DNA of 64,000 bases. Source: the human T2T-CHM13v2.0 reference genome, Homo sapiens. The translations under genes were made by a program, and so were the position numbers. Positions 13,918 to 28,221 of this stretch are shown piece by piece. Where the stretch lies: the NCBI RefSeq assembly GCF_009914755.1, contig NC_060941.1. The stretch is one strand, 5' to 3'. The notes under the pieces were generated by a model. That model saw nothing but the letters and a program-made list of their open reading frames with translations. It ran no database searches and was not told where the DNA came from. Positions within the stretch are counted from its first letter, which is position 1. Every line of letters starts with the position of its first letter.

Positions 13918-14408
13918 ACTGTATGGCATCATGGTTAAGTATTTGGGCTGTGGAATCCAACAGATGAGGGCTTTGATTCCAATTCTGCATAATAATTCAC
14001 ATGTGACCTAATCTCGCCGAGATTTAGTTCTTCATATAAAATATGAGGATTGATAACACTACCAATTTCATTGCATATAATAAGATTAACAGTCTATTCA
14101 TATTGAGGGTTTACAATATGGCAGACACTGTTTTTAGCAATTTTTAAATATTAACTTTTTAATCCATTCAAGAACCTTAAGTGGCTGGTAAAAGTATTGT
14201 TATTCTCCTTGCATAGGTAAGGAAACTGAGACAAAAATGAGTTGAGTAACTTGCTCAAGGTCACTCAGCTAGTAAGCACTAAAGCTAGGATTTGACTCCA
14301 GGCCATCAGGCCTTAGAATATGAGCTGCAGGCTTTCTCCCTGTTTAAATGAAATATTGCCTGTAGAGTGTTTGGCACATACACATGCAATAAATGTCACT
14401 TATTATTT
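13918..14408 (+). mobile_element. MIR (+) split by a second MIR (-) at ~14092-14330
   Basis: The 5' MIR piece ends AAGATTAA (14089) and resumes TTAAATGAAATATTGCCTGTAGAGTG...CAATAAATGTCACTTATTATT (14344-14408). The intervening DNA carries the antisense MIR core TAAGGAAACTGAGAC...AGTAACTTGCTCAAGGTCAC. Confidence 0.7.
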
Positions 14409-15765
14409 TTATTTTGCATTTTCCCATCACTTTATTTTGACTTCAATGTGGGAGAGGTGATTATCCAAAGATGTGAATTATCCAAAGATTGTGATAGTCA
14501 GAAGCAGAGGAAATATTAGATTTTTCTTAGTGGGAGTAGGAATAAAGATTCCCAGCACTTGAGCCAGTCCAAAGCAAGAAACAAATGTCCATAAGCCTTC
14601 TTTGCTCCACATCTGTTTTTATTTTTCAGTTTATCAGCCTGCTCTTTCATGACAGGATTTTGCAATATTTAGCTCCCCTGGTGACTTATAGAATATCAAG
14701 GCAAGAGAGAATAAAGAAAAGCTTTTAGCCAACTTCAGCTTTTCCTTCCTTAAAACTGAAGATAAGCTCTGGCTGGACACCATGAGATTGGCTGAAAAGA
14801 CCAATTCATGCATCTCCCTGTTATCAGTCAAGAGGGGAATGCTGGCTTTACCAGTGCCCAGCACTGTTGATAGTCCTTGTCTCACAGGGTCAGGATGGTG
14901 GTGTGTGAAGATAAGACAAGCTTGTAGCCGAGGACTGCCCAGATAGAGCACGGTTTTTCTCTACTGGAGAGCAGGTGTGGGCATCTTTGGTAGATGATAT
15001 CTGTGTCATCACATGAGGTTGGGGTTTGACGAGAACGTGAAGAGGAGTGAGTAGAGGTATAGAGATGTTGGGTTTATCTCCTGCAAAACCAACTGTTCTT
15101 TCATAAGCTACAAGAAGGAAATGACCTCCAGTCCTTTGATTTCTCTTAAGAATTCATATAAACCATAGCAAAAGCCAGGCCAGTACATCTAAGTACATGT
15201 AAGTCAAGCTCTCATTGGAGATGAACAGCCCATTACATAGAACTGATGTTACGTATAACTTTTATGAGTGGTTGTGAATTGACAATACTCCTGTAAACTG
15301 AGAAAGATCAAGTATTGTTTACCATCTTCTGGAGACCAAACCAGTGTCTCCTATACTGAAAAAACCATTGGGGTAGAATAAGAGCTGACTCTAGCAATGG
15401 TTCTCCTGAACTACCTCTGGAGTTCAAAAATACAATTGTCTTCCTTTGGGCACTCTTTCGTGTCAGGAGTCCAAGTAGAGATTTTAAAGAATGGAAAAGA
15501 TTTAGGTGTCTTAAAGAAGTCCACGCAGCCAGTGATGGGTAGGAAAGGGACTGGGACTGCTAAGAAACACTATGTCACAAGTGAGGCTGGATTTTGGCTT
15601 GCTTTGTTATGATGAAGAGGCAATTAGCTGGCTAATTCTAACCTTAGAATACAAGTGTACCTATTCCAAATTTGATATTCCAAATGTGAATAAGGTCAAT
15701 TTGAATACAAAATGGTCAAAATACTTGCTCACTTGTCTCCATTTAGTATGTAAATAGGAAAATGA

Positions 15766-15979
<214 letters not shown>

Positions 15980-16214
15980 TGAGTAAAATGTAGTTTTTCA
16001 CAAGAATAAGCATTGAACGTCACAAAAGTGGCTACTTCTAAATCAACCATTCAGATTTGTTTCTACTTCCTATTTTAAAGATGTTCTTATTTTATCACAC
16101 TATATTAGATTCAGTATTCCTTGAATTTCTTCTTCTTTTAAAGCTGTTTTTTAAAACAAATATTCTTTTAAAACTGTACATTTAGAACCTCTAATGAATA
16201 GCTTCCCTTAAAAA

Positions 16215-17130
16215 AATGTAGAATCATGTCTGGCATACTGTTTCTCTTTCAATTTCGAAATGTCTTAAGATAGCCTCATTTTATCACCATTTTTGAGGAA
16301 TTTTTTTTTCTAGAGTTGCAGGGTTTTTTGCTTTTTATATTCTTTTGGCAATTTAAAGATGTTATTCCATTATCTTTTTGCTTTCATAGTGTCCTTTATA
16401 GAGCAAAACAGTCCACTTTATGGTTTTTTCCTTGAATGCAATGTGCTTGTTTTGCTCCTTCTTTTAAGATTGTATTTTTCAGACATTTCACAATGATGTG
16501 CCTAGATGTTGTTTTGTACTATATTCAGAATTCATTGAGCTTCTTGGATCTTTGAGATGAAGAGTTTAAAGAGTGTTAGGAAATTCTTTACCAAAGCCAA
16601 TTTAACCAGTGATGGACACACTAATAGCTCTGACTTCACCAAGATACAATATATCCATGCAACAGAATTATACTTGTATCCCATACATTTATACAAATAA
16701 AATAACACTTAAAAAATAGCTCTCTCTTCTTTTTCTTTTTGTTTCCTTTGGATCTTCAATTACATGTGTGTTATACTGTTTATTATTATCCTATATGTCT
16801 CTCCCACTTGGTACTGGTATTTTTGTTTTTTGTTTATTTTTTATTCTTAATACATAGATTTTCTCCCTATTTTCACCTTTGATCATTTTCTATTTACCCA
16901 TTTTTAAGTTCACTGGTCCTTTCTGTGGCTGTATGTTGTCTGTTAAGTTTATTCTATAATGTTTAAGGATTACATTTTTCAGTTCTGGAGTTTTCACTTG
17001 ATCCTTTTAATAAATGAATTTCTTTTCTCTATTGGACATTTCCAGCCATCCTTTCCTTCATTTTGTATATATTTTTTCTCTATTTTCTTTAATATACTTG
17101 TGCTAGTTATTTAATGCCTTGCTAGTATTA
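16215..17130 (-). mobile_element. Ancient L1M/HAL1-type 5'/ORF1-region fragment
   Basis: TTTAAAGATGTTATTCCATTATCTT, ACAATGATGTGCCTAGATG and TTCATTGAGCTTCTTGGATCT are typical antisense old-L1 ORF1-region motifs. Confidence 0.6.
16600..16717 (+). mobile_element. Short L1PB/L1MA 3'-terminal fragment inserted in the older L1
   Basis: GATGGACACACTAATAGCTCTGACTTCACC...CAATATATCCATGCAACAGAATTATACTTGTATCCC...AAATAAAA. Confidence 0.7.
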
Positions 17131-17661
17131 GCAATGTCTAGCTGAGATTGCAACGTCTCAGTCAATGTCAGGCAGCATCTTTCCACTGTTTTTTTTAAAA
17201 CCTTTTTCTCATGCTCTTACAGTATAAGATGGAAATATCTCTACATCTTTTCAGTCCAACTCTAGGCTTGCTCTCCGTATACGCCATAATGCACCAAAGT
17301 TCCGTGGTAGAGATTCAGTGGGTAAAAAGAAGTAGCTTTGATTTCAAGACTTCCAAAGTTCTAGCAGGTCATGGCGGTCTGCATGGCTGTTGAAATATCT
17401 ATTGTTCTTTCCTTGATCTAGCAGACATCCTTTGCCTTTGTCAGGCCCAGTATTCTACCAGTATTTACCCAGATCTTGGACAATGGTCTCACGTGGGTGA
17501 GCAGCTTTTGATCTTTGCTTATCCTGGAAGAGATCTTCCAGTAATATTTAGTTCCTTCACATTTCTGTGCATGTACAGATAGAAGACGCCTGTAATTTAT
17601 ATTATTATTGTTGTTGTTGTTATTATTTTGGCAGGAGAAAAGCTTGTGTAATTCTCTACAC

Positions 17662-17873
17662 CAGCAGTTGTCAAATTACTGCCCGATCAGGGCCAAATCT
17701 AGTCTGTAACATATTTGTTTATAGCCAGTAATCTAAAAATAGTTTTACATTTTTAAAGGATTGTAAAGGCAAGCAAACCACTAAACAAAGAATATGCAAC
17801 AGATGAAATATGTCTCATAAACCCTAATATATTTAGTATCCGGTCCTTTACAGAAAAGGTTTACTGGCCCCAG
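17662..17873 (+). mobile_element. MER58 (C-like) hAT-Charlie DNA transposon
   Basis: CAGCAGTTGTCAAATTAC...GGGCCAAATCT...TTTTACATTTTTAAAGG...CCTTTACAGAAAAGGTTT...CCCCAG. Confidence 0.8.
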
Positions 17874-18159
17874 TCTATGTCTTAATTGAAATGCTAACAT
17901 TCTCTGTTTCATTATTTTTCATTCTGAAATTCCCTCTGTCTAGCAGCTGGAACTATAGATTATTGCTATAATTTTATTTTCTTCATTCTTCTATTATTCA
18001 GCACTTGTATTTTCTACTTTCTGGTTGCTTTCTTCAATTTTGTTGTCTATTGAAGTTTTCACTTTGTAACCATATTTTTAATTCACACAAGATGTCTTTG
18101 CTTTCTGAAAATTTAAAATAACACCACATTTGTCTTGCATACATTCCACATGTTTTCTC

Positions 18160-18262
18160 GAAAGAACTGCCCAGCTGACCCACAGAATCATGAGTAAAAT
18201 ACAATGACTGTTCTAACCAACTGCATTTTGGGTCATTTGCTGTGTAGCTGAATCTGACTGAT
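18160..18262 (+). mobile_element. MLT1 LTR 3' fragment
   Basis: AGAACTGCCCAGCTGACCCACAGAATCATGAG...TTTTGGG...ACTGAT. Confidence 0.6.
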
Positions 18263-20147
18263 GGGAACCTGTTGCCAGAATTCTGGAAGCAGAGTAGAAA
18301 TCTGGGAATCTAAACATTCACGTCACAAACATGTAATCAATGTCTGTTTTCCACATGATGCTCTCATTGCTGACTGTTAGCTTTTACTGTTGTTTCCTAG
18401 GCTAGAGGCCATTTGGTTTACTCTCTCCAGCGAATGCATCTCCAATATTCAGCTGAAATACTGACTCCACAATCTCTAGGCTGTGCATACTAGCAAGAGG
18501 ATCTGGTTATCAAACTATTTCTTCCTTTTCAAATAGTCAACCGATTCCCCTGTGGTAATATTTCCTTTATCCTCTTCTCCAGAATTTCTTTTGTTTCCAA
18601 TTTCAGATTTGAGGAGAAGTTCTGCAATGAACATGAGATTACTTCATAGCTTTTCCCAGTAGCAAACCAAAATTCAGCTTTTTTTATCTTGCTAAGTCAT
18701 TTATCATTCCTCTATCTTACGTTTATGCCCTGACATTCTATCTTTATTGTCTACTGACCCATTCTCTTTATTCTTGTGGGTTTTGTTTTTTTTCTCCTTT
18801 ATTCCCTTAAATTATTATACTGGGACTTCTGGAAGACAGTAATGGCCTGTGAATGTGTTCTTCCATCTTTAATAGACTTAGCTTCCATTTTTCACAGTTT
18901 CATCCAAAGGAAACTTACATAGATGAAAACATTTGGAATCTGAACCAACCGAAGCCGTAGCAGGGCAGCAATAGCTGTGTGTGAATATTTCTTGTGCAGA
19001 CATTTGTATAGGCAGCCCTAAGTGAACTAAGAAAGCTGTAAACAAAATGCACCCTGACAAAACAATAATGCAAACCACATTTTCATCAAAATTAAATGAC
19101 AGTGGTAATTATGTATTTCTTTGCTATGTTGATGTTATCCCAAATTGTGAGTGATAGCTAAAATGAAGTCAAATTAAATGTTGGCATTCACTCAGAAGCA
19201 ATGTAACCATATAAAACAAACATTGATCTACTGTTTCTGCCCTAACTGCCCCTCTGTGATATTAGGCAAGACACAACTTTCTGAAGCTCACCTAATGGAA
19301 AAAAATAAAGTCTTTTATTTCATTAACTTCAAGGGCAACCCCAGTTTTATAAATTTACCATTTGTCAAAAGAAAATGCAAACTTGTTTCATGTCTGTCAG
19401 TATAAGGAAATTACCTTCCAACTTTGCTAATAGACACTATGACCTTTATATCTTTGTAAGTATAAAAAATGATTTTGTGCATATATGAATCCCCTTTAGC
19501 AGTTAGGTAGAAAAAGAAATGTGAGTCTGCCAATTACATCAACTCAGGCAAATCATAAGTGAAATCAGTAAGGATCTCAGAGATTCAAAGTATCCGTGAT
19601 TCTAATCCTATAATAATCCTCTGATGGCAGGATGATCAGGTGTTTTTTTAAAAAAAAAAATCGTTACAGTTGAAATCATTGGATAGTCTTAGCAAACAAA
19701 TCTACAAATCCTACTACATAGCTTTTCATACGCAATTCTAAATAAGAAATGCCTCATTACATTTTGTCCAACTGAGCAAAGTTGATTGGTAGTAGATTTG
19801 CAAGGTTTTGAAATAAGAGAAGAGAGGGAGGAAGGAAGTAATTTAAGGACATGATTTCTAATTTGTAACGTCCATTTATAATATTCTTTGGGGTAATTTG
19901 CTGATGACAGTACAGCTTAGGAGATAGATCAAGCTAATTCATTAACTGCTGTATCTTCTTGGAGAGGATTACAGATGGGGGAGAAATTGGTCTGTAGAAT
20001 TTCAAGTACCAAGGGATTTCTTCAGACTCAGTCTGCAGACAAAACTAACAAACCCAGATGATGGATCATTTGGCTAAATCTTACTTTTCTGTCCCAGTAG
20101 GGTAATCACAGACACCATCCCAGGAGCAGAATTTTAAAAATGCCTTA

Positions 20148-20370
20148 GTAATAATAATAACTACACACATGCATTAATCACTTGCCATGTGTTAGTTAAT
20201 TTTATAAGTGTTTTAGAGGTTTAACTTCATTTCATCACAGCCTATGAGAAGGTTTTATTGCTGCCTTACATTTTATGAGAAAATTGAGGCACAGAGAAGT
20301 TAAGTAATTTGATCACACATTAGGAGGTAAAGCCATGATTCCAACCTCATCAATCTGACCTCAGAATGTG
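20148..20370 (-). mobile_element. MIR
   Basis: Core ATGAGAAAATTGAGGCACAGAGAAGTTAAGTAATTTG. Confidence 0.75.
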
Positions 20371-20894
20371 ATTATATTTTAATTTATTAGCATATTGTCT
20401 AGTTAAATGCTTTGTTTACTGTATTACTATTCTTTAGAGAAACTGAAAATTGTTTGTCCTCTCTAAAAACAAGAGTTAATTTCTAAAGCCAAGTTACATT
20501 ATTAAAGGGAAATAGGGAAGTAAGGTGACAAATAAAAGGGGAACTGGAGTATAAATTTAAAATATTTTAAGACATATGGATTCTTATTACTATAACAATA
20601 GTTATGCAAACCATTTTTATTTTTTTTGTCAGTTTGGCCCACAGTTTAACCTCTTTAAAGCCCACTTTGTTCATCTAGATTAATGAAATACCATAGCACC
20701 TAGTAAGTGATCAGTAAAATTATGGTGATTGCTTTATCTGTATTAGGATTAAAACATTCTCTCAATGTAATTGGATATAACTTATGAAAAATATGTGTGT
20801 GTTACTCTTTTGAAAATGGCTCTTAAAATCTTACAAAGTATTTTGGAGGCATCTATCTTTCTTTTATCCCCACTTCAAGGGTGATATGTAGAGT

Positions 20895-21029
20895 AGTAGT
20901 GGCCGCAGTGCTTGAGAACATCTTAGAAATGCAGAAACTCGGCCACACCTCAGACCAAGCAAATCAGGATCTGCTTTCCAGCAAAATCTCCAACTAAATC
21001 AAAAGCACTTTGAAATTTAAAAAGCACTG
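20895..21029 (+). mobile_element. MER5A1-like hAT element
   Basis: TTAGAAATGCAGAAACTC...CAGACC...AATCAGGATCTGC...AAATTTAAAAAGCACTG. Confidence 0.6.
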
Positions 21030-21698
21030 GTTTATAGAACTGGATAAATAATGATTAGGGTAAAGAAGCACAGGAATCCCGTGACAGTTGTAGGTTTTTT
21101 AGCTCAATCAGGGACTGAAAGTGTAAAGAGGTAGGGGGAAAGAGTTTGGTTTCATTTTTTATTTTTTTGGTGTTTTGTTTTTGTTTTTAAGCTAAAAGAG
21201 GCCAAAAGGCTAAGGAAGAAGAGAAAGCATGCAGGAATGAGACACTTTACTAAAGAAACCCAGTTCCTGAGTTTTTTTCCGATTCAGAAAGGAATGGGAT
21301 GGAAAGCAAAGGTGGATGTATCATCAATCTAATTTTGCGGAAAGGAACTGACTTCTTCCAAGAGGGAGGAGGAGGGGCACAGAGCAATGCATTCTGGTGA
21401 GTAGTCGGGCAGGAAGCTGAAGAGGTGAGTGAGCAAACGGCAAGATACCTGGTGAGAGAAAGGGGAGGAGTTTTCTCAGAGAAGGTGATGGAAGTTTGGA
21501 GGAGTTGGTGTGGAGGACGGGAGGGAAATGCAATTGCAGAAATACAGATGGGCCAAAGAAGGTAGTGAGGGCTAGGACATTTGCCACAGTGCTTCTCAGT
21601 CCCGTGGCATGTGAGGCCTGAAAGAATGAGTAGCCTTCACATAAAAGGACAATAAAAGAGAAGTGATGTTGCTACTATTATGTAAGTTAAGGAATGGA

Positions 21699-21835
21699 AA
21701 CTGTGCATGGTGGCTGGTGCCTGTAATCCCAGCACTTGGGGAGGCCAAAGCAAGAGGATCACTTGGGGCTAGGAGTACAAGACGAGCCTGGTCAACAAAG
21801 TGAGATCTTTTCTCTATGGAAATAAATAAATAAAT
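21699..21835 (+). mobile_element. FLAM / Alu left monomer
   Basis: CCTGTAATCCCAGCACTTGGGGAGGCC...GAGGATCACTTG...AGCCTGGTCAAC followed by an (AAAT)n tail. Confidence 0.85.
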
Positions 21836-22251
21836 GGGAAATGTAAAAAGTAGGGCACTCTTTCTCTAGAATTTTGAAGATGCAGGGCAATTGTAGATGA
21901 TGGAATGAGGTTTCCAAGGGTGCAGTGTAATGGTTAGAAGGTGCGGCAGCCAGGGTGAGTGGGGTAGAGATGGAGCCTGCTGAAAGGGATTATGCACGTG
22001 AGAAAAAGTAAACAACTAAAGGAGAGCAGAAATAATCAAAAGCAGAGTGTGTCAGGCTTATGACTCAAAGCAGTAGCCATGAAAGTTGTTCGGCTGAATC
22101 CCCAGATGCTGCGGAGATTCTAATTGTTATCTGCATTTGGTATAAACTAATTTTGAGACTAGGAATTGGAGCAGAATTCTGAAAAGAGAGGGAAAAGGTT
22201 TGCTTTCTGCAATGATACTTTTAAGTCTAAGGTCAGGAAAGTGCGTCCTAA

Positions 22252-22415
<164 letters not shown>

Positions 22416-23839
22416 AGTTAGACATCTGTATTCTCATTACAGAGAAACTTGCTCAATTGACTCCTGCTAGCCATCCAGTGTACGCAGCCTTCCTGAAAAA
22501 CAGTGGTATTTATGGGAGGTTGGCCCTTCTTTTTTCAAAGTTCTCTTTGTTCCCTTTTTATAATGAAGCAAGATGATAATGATCACTGGGTCAAAGTAGA
22601 AAACTAACAAACAGAATAGGAGAAATAGATCTGTGGTTAAATCCTTTTTCTTAATAGGAAAAGAGCTGGAGGGAAGAAGGGAAGGCAGAAATCAAAATCA
22701 ATAGCAAAAAATAAAAACAAACAAACAAGTGAGAATCAAAACGTCTGTCTCTTACCACCATGATTTTTAGAGGCAACTGGCAGAATACAGCAAGTGCAGC
22801 AATTCCCCTCTTACCAAAAAGATACATCATTTCCTATAACTTAAGTTTCTATCATCAATCAGAGACTAATTTGCTCTCAGATATAAATTTCCAACCAACC
22901 AGATTTGAGAGAATAGGAAATTGCCCAGTTATTGGTCATCAAGATCTCATGGTAACTCCTTTTGATCAGATTCCTTTCTTCCTAAACTTTAGGTGAATTG
23001 TAAATAGATAAATTGTATGCCAGTACAGTTTCTCCACATTTTTCTTAATACTGAGCACTGTAGAAAAGGGAATTTTAAAATGGTCATTTCAACAGGCAGG
23101 GACATGTGTCAAGCACAGACCCTTACAGAAACATAAAGATATTTTGAATTTTGAAAAACAATATGACTGCATCATTAGACAGAATTTAACATACATAAGG
23201 GGGCATAAACTCAGAGGGCACTATACAATTAGATAAACTGGATGACAACAACATGTGACTTGTTATCTGGAAGACAACAGCCCCGTTCCCTCCAAATTCT
23301 TGGTTGGCCTCTGTTGAGCCAGCCTCATTTTAGCATGCCCGCACCTCCTGCTTTTAGGAGAGTACTTATTTCCAGCGATGTTTACAAAATGGGGCATACA
23401 AGCATTAATTGTAAACAATGATTTCAGTCTTCATCTAGCTTAACTGCAAAACATGAAAAGACTTTCACGAAAGTTTTTCTCCAACTATGGTTTCTGAGAA
23501 GGCTTAAATGAAGCCACCACATGTGTAAGCTTATCAGGTTACTGCTTGCCATCTCTACCACCATGGGACTGTGAATTTCTGGTCTTTGTCCTGCCGATTG
23601 AGTTCTGTTCTCTCAAGAGCTACTGTAGCTGAAAGGTATTTCCACATGCTTCTGATTCTCCTCCCTTTATCACGTTATTCCCAGCATGACTCAGACACTT
23701 TGTGATACCTCCAAGTGACACCATGGAAAAGGCTGAGAGTTTTTTATTTTACATGCATTTTATTAATTGTATATTATCATATATAATTTATAATAAATAT
23801 GCACTATATTAATATATAAAATATACATGCATTGTACAT

Positions 23840-24750
23840 GTCTATTTCAATTTTTTGAAAGGTTACATAAATACATGCAAACGTGAACATTTTAAAGGCA
23901 ACAAATAAGTATTCAGTGAAAATTATATTTTCTTTCTGCCAATGACTTCTAGCCCCTTGCTTCTGCACCCAAGATGCAGTCACACTATTACCAAGTTTTT
24001 GTGTAAACATCCATGGATAATACGGGCATATGCTAAAATTGGTAATACATTTCATTTCCTTTTTAACACAACTTGAATTTTATACACACTACACTATTCA
24101 GTATTTTGCATTTTTCACCTTATCGTGGAAGTCAGTCAGTTTGTCTCGGTATGTACAGAGCCTCCTTCTTTTTGACAGCTGAAACTGCATACTATTTCAT
24201 TCAATGGAGTTACCATTTATTTATAAATCCCCTATTGCTGGATGTTCAGGTTGTTTCTTAGTCTTTTAAACTCATAAGCAATAATACATATACATTCTCG
24301 TACATATGTTTCCATGCACATCTAGTGTCAATAGCCAAGTGGAATTCTTTACCAAAATATGTCTATTTAAATTTTTATAGCTTTTGACAAATTGTACTTC
24401 ATAAAAGTTTATATTCCCTGCAACATGTGAGTATAGTTCTGCATATAGTTCTGCACCTTCTAACAAACACTACACTTTCTGATCCTTACTAATTTATAAG
24501 AAAATAAAAATGTATAGTTTTAATTTTGATTTGGGACACTTTCCTCTTTGAGTTCAATTTATCTTTAAATCCATGGGAGCTATCTGTTCCTGTGCCTTGG
24601 CCATATTTCTACTGGATGATTTTGTTTTATTTCAGTGACTTGTATGAGTGAGTTTTTTAAATTAAGACAATTAGCTCTTTCCCTCCCATAAGTTTGCAAA
24701 ATATATTGCCTGTCATTTGACTGTGTTCACATATTTATAATTTTTTTGTT
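23840..24750 (-). mobile_element. Ancient L1ME 3' fragment
   Basis: CTGCATACTATTTCATT...TACCATTTATTTA...CCCCTATTGCTGGATGTTCAGGTTGTTTC follows antisense L1ME. Confidence 0.65.
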
Positions 24751-26274
24751 CAGGCTCAACCCAAGGGAGGCAAAAAGAAGAGAATAATTTACAACTATTA
24801 TTACAGGGGACACTGTGGGAGAACCACTGTCTCTAACATTACACCTCTATTTCCAGCTCTATGCTGCTGCCATCTTTTGAGAGCCAACAAACCCTTTCAC
24901 CATGGGAGAGCCCTATCATCTCAGACTCTCACTTGCCATAGTGTTTATCTATATAGACATATGGCTTAAGTCTTCATTCAGCTGAATTGCAAACAAACAA
25001 ACAAGAGACTCACTTATACCATGATGTTCTCTAACAAGAGTCTTCAAGAATGTTTAAATAAATATACCATATATAATGTTGATTAAGCCCCTGATTATGA
25101 AGACCTGACCTGGAATGAAACCAGAGAGAACAGAAATGAGAGGCAATATTCATAAATAATTGACAATACCCAGTGACTGACCAGGTAAACCCACAGGGAT
25201 AACGTGAAGAGTCAGGGAGGGCTCCATTGCGGGGCTCTGAGATAATGCTGTGGCAGAGCTATTTCTTGCAGAGAGTTAAGGCTCACAGTGAGAAAGGAAG
25301 AACCACATTTTTTTACATAAAATTTATTTTATGCTTATTTATGTGGTCAATTTTGTGACAGTTTACTTAAGGCATATATTGAAAAAACGACTAAAAGATA
25401 AACCTTTTATCTTTAAAAGGTTAGCCTGAACTGTAGAGACCTATTATATTGCAAACATCATAGTAACCATGTTTCAATAGTGTTGAGATCTCTTATCTAA
25501 TTAGATCACTTCGTGAGGCCAAGTGATTGTGCCTTGATGATTTGAAAGCCAGATACCATTCTGTTGCCTCAGCCAAGTAGTTTGCACCAGATGTTGAGAC
25601 TTGACTGCACAGAGAAAGTGACCTAACAACAGCTGTGGCAAACCCATACTTTACCAGTTTCATGTGAGATCTTACTAGCTTGGGCCCTTCTTTATTTCTG
25701 TGGAATTGTTGTGTGGCTGGAAGAAATGCCTCCTCAGCCATGCTCTGAGAAGCCCATGATGTTAACAGAGTTGCTAGAGAATGAATGGAAAGCTAAGAAC
25801 AGTAATCCATATATTTTTTTCTTTTAGAATTTTGACACAGAGCATTTCTAAAGGCAATATGCTATTCACTAGCACATGCAGCAAAGCACCTGGTACTGAG
25901 CCATTTGCCAGTAAAAACTAATGAATGATGAGTGGGGATGAACACAGTGATGAGGAGAGAGAGAGGCTTGTCTATGATAGGATCTGGCTAATGAGTTGGC
26001 ACTCATGAAATTTCAATGAATAACTGGAGGGTTCAAGTATTTACCGGTTACCCATCCTCTTCTTGACCTCTGTAATTAATAAGAAATATCTCAGAATCTA
26101 GTCTACAGTACACATGTTTGTTAACCACGAGACTCCAAATTGGCCATTAATGTCTAATAGATGGTGGGCCTAAGTTTGTCTCCATGCTTATTTACTATGG
26201 TTAACAAATGTATTTGCAAGAGACCATACCAGAGTGAATAAGAGTGTCAGAATCTATTCAGGAAGCATCTCTCC

Positions 26275-26589
<315 letters not shown>

Positions 26590-28119
26590 TCACCTGTCTC
26601 AGTTGATTGATTTAATTATAATTATCTGAGTCTTAGCTCCAAAGTGAGTCCATTTATAAATAATATCATTTTTTGCAAGCTAACTCATTTTATTGCCCTT
26701 CAAAATTGATGTTCATAGATTTCTCGGTTTAGAAAGAAAAAGTAAACTCCTCATCCATCTAATCACTTGGCTCCTTTAGCCGTGGTTTCACTATTTAATA
26801 TTATCCAAAGACACATCACAAAATTATCTACTTACGTATTTCATCTGACATGGCGTCTGCAGCTGTTTATTATTAAATTATAAATGAAATCGGAGTTATA
26901 CCTGTAAAAAATATGGACAATATTCTCTGTTGAGCTCATCTATCCCTAAAACCCCCAATCCCTCAGTACATACCATGGAATTCCCATTTTACTCTGAGTG
27001 CCATGCTCCATTAATCCCCAGATCTCAAAGTGTATCTGACAGGAGTGATGTTGCACATTATAAAATAAGATTTCTCAAATGCTGCCCATCTGTTAGTGAT
27101 ACAGGCAATCTAAGTGTCCTATACATAGAACATACATACATTTCCTGCATTGCATATTCTTTCAAATATTTGCTCTTGGCATTGCTAGGTGTCCTACTGT
27201 CATAACAGACAAGTCATTCATTAAGCTGTCAGCACCTTGCTACCCTGCTCCCAAAGAAGGTCCATTTCTGTGTTTTCTGTTTCTTGCTGGATGACCTATT
27301 CACTCATCATAAGCTGAGCAGTTACTCTCATAACGGGTGCAACTGAGTTGTTCACGTCAACATATGTAAACCAAAGCTCTACTTCTTCATTTCCTGTGGT
27401 CCAACACTTGACTTGTGGAGGGCACTAATGGATTGGAAAGCCAGCCTGCAGTCATGAGTTAAGTTGGTGTCAATGTGATACACTTCTTGGCTGAGACATC
27501 TAAGGAAGGGACATTAAAAGCAAAAAAGTGGAACAAACAAGTAACAAAAATAAAATGATTAATTGTAAACACTGTTTGAAAATCTTACAGGGAATCAAGA
27601 AAGGCAATTAGCTACACAGACCTATACATTGAAACTATTTGGAACAGAGTATATGGGAAATTATGAAATTATATTAAAATTTAAAGCATCTAGTATAGCA
27701 CATATTTGTAAGATGAAAAATAATAAAAATTAATTTTTAGAAAATTAGAGCTAAACCGTATGGATTTTTATCTTTGATTTTGTTGTTTATATTTTAAGAG
27801 GTCTTGTGTTTATGAGAAATTTAGTATTCAGTAGAAAAGTAGAAAGATAATCAATTTTAAACTAATTGAAAGATCTTAAAATATAGTTTCCTAAACATCA
27901 CATCCAAGCCCTTATCTTTCTTCTTGAGCTTTTGCCTAATCCATGATTATTTTTATTCTAGGGAGTAGAAAATGGGAAAAAGAAAGAGAGAGAGAAAGAA
28001 AGAAGAAAGAAAGGAAAGATTGATTTAAATTGGCCAATTTGGCTTATAAGTAACAACTTTGATTTGTATAAGTAACAACTTCGATTTGTGCTTGACAGAA
28101 GATTAAAATCATTAACTTT

Positions 28120-28221
28120 GGCCAGGTGTGGTGGTTCATGCCCCTAATCTCAGCATTTTGGGAGGTTGAGGCAGATGGATTGCTTGAAGCCAGGAGTTTG
28201 AGACCAGTCTGGGCAACGTAG
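28120..28221 (+). mobile_element. AluJ/FLAM left-arm fragment
   Basis: GGCCAGGTGTGGTGG...GGATTGCTTGAAGCCAGGAGTTTGAGACCAGTCTGGGCAAC, no tail. Confidence 0.85.
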
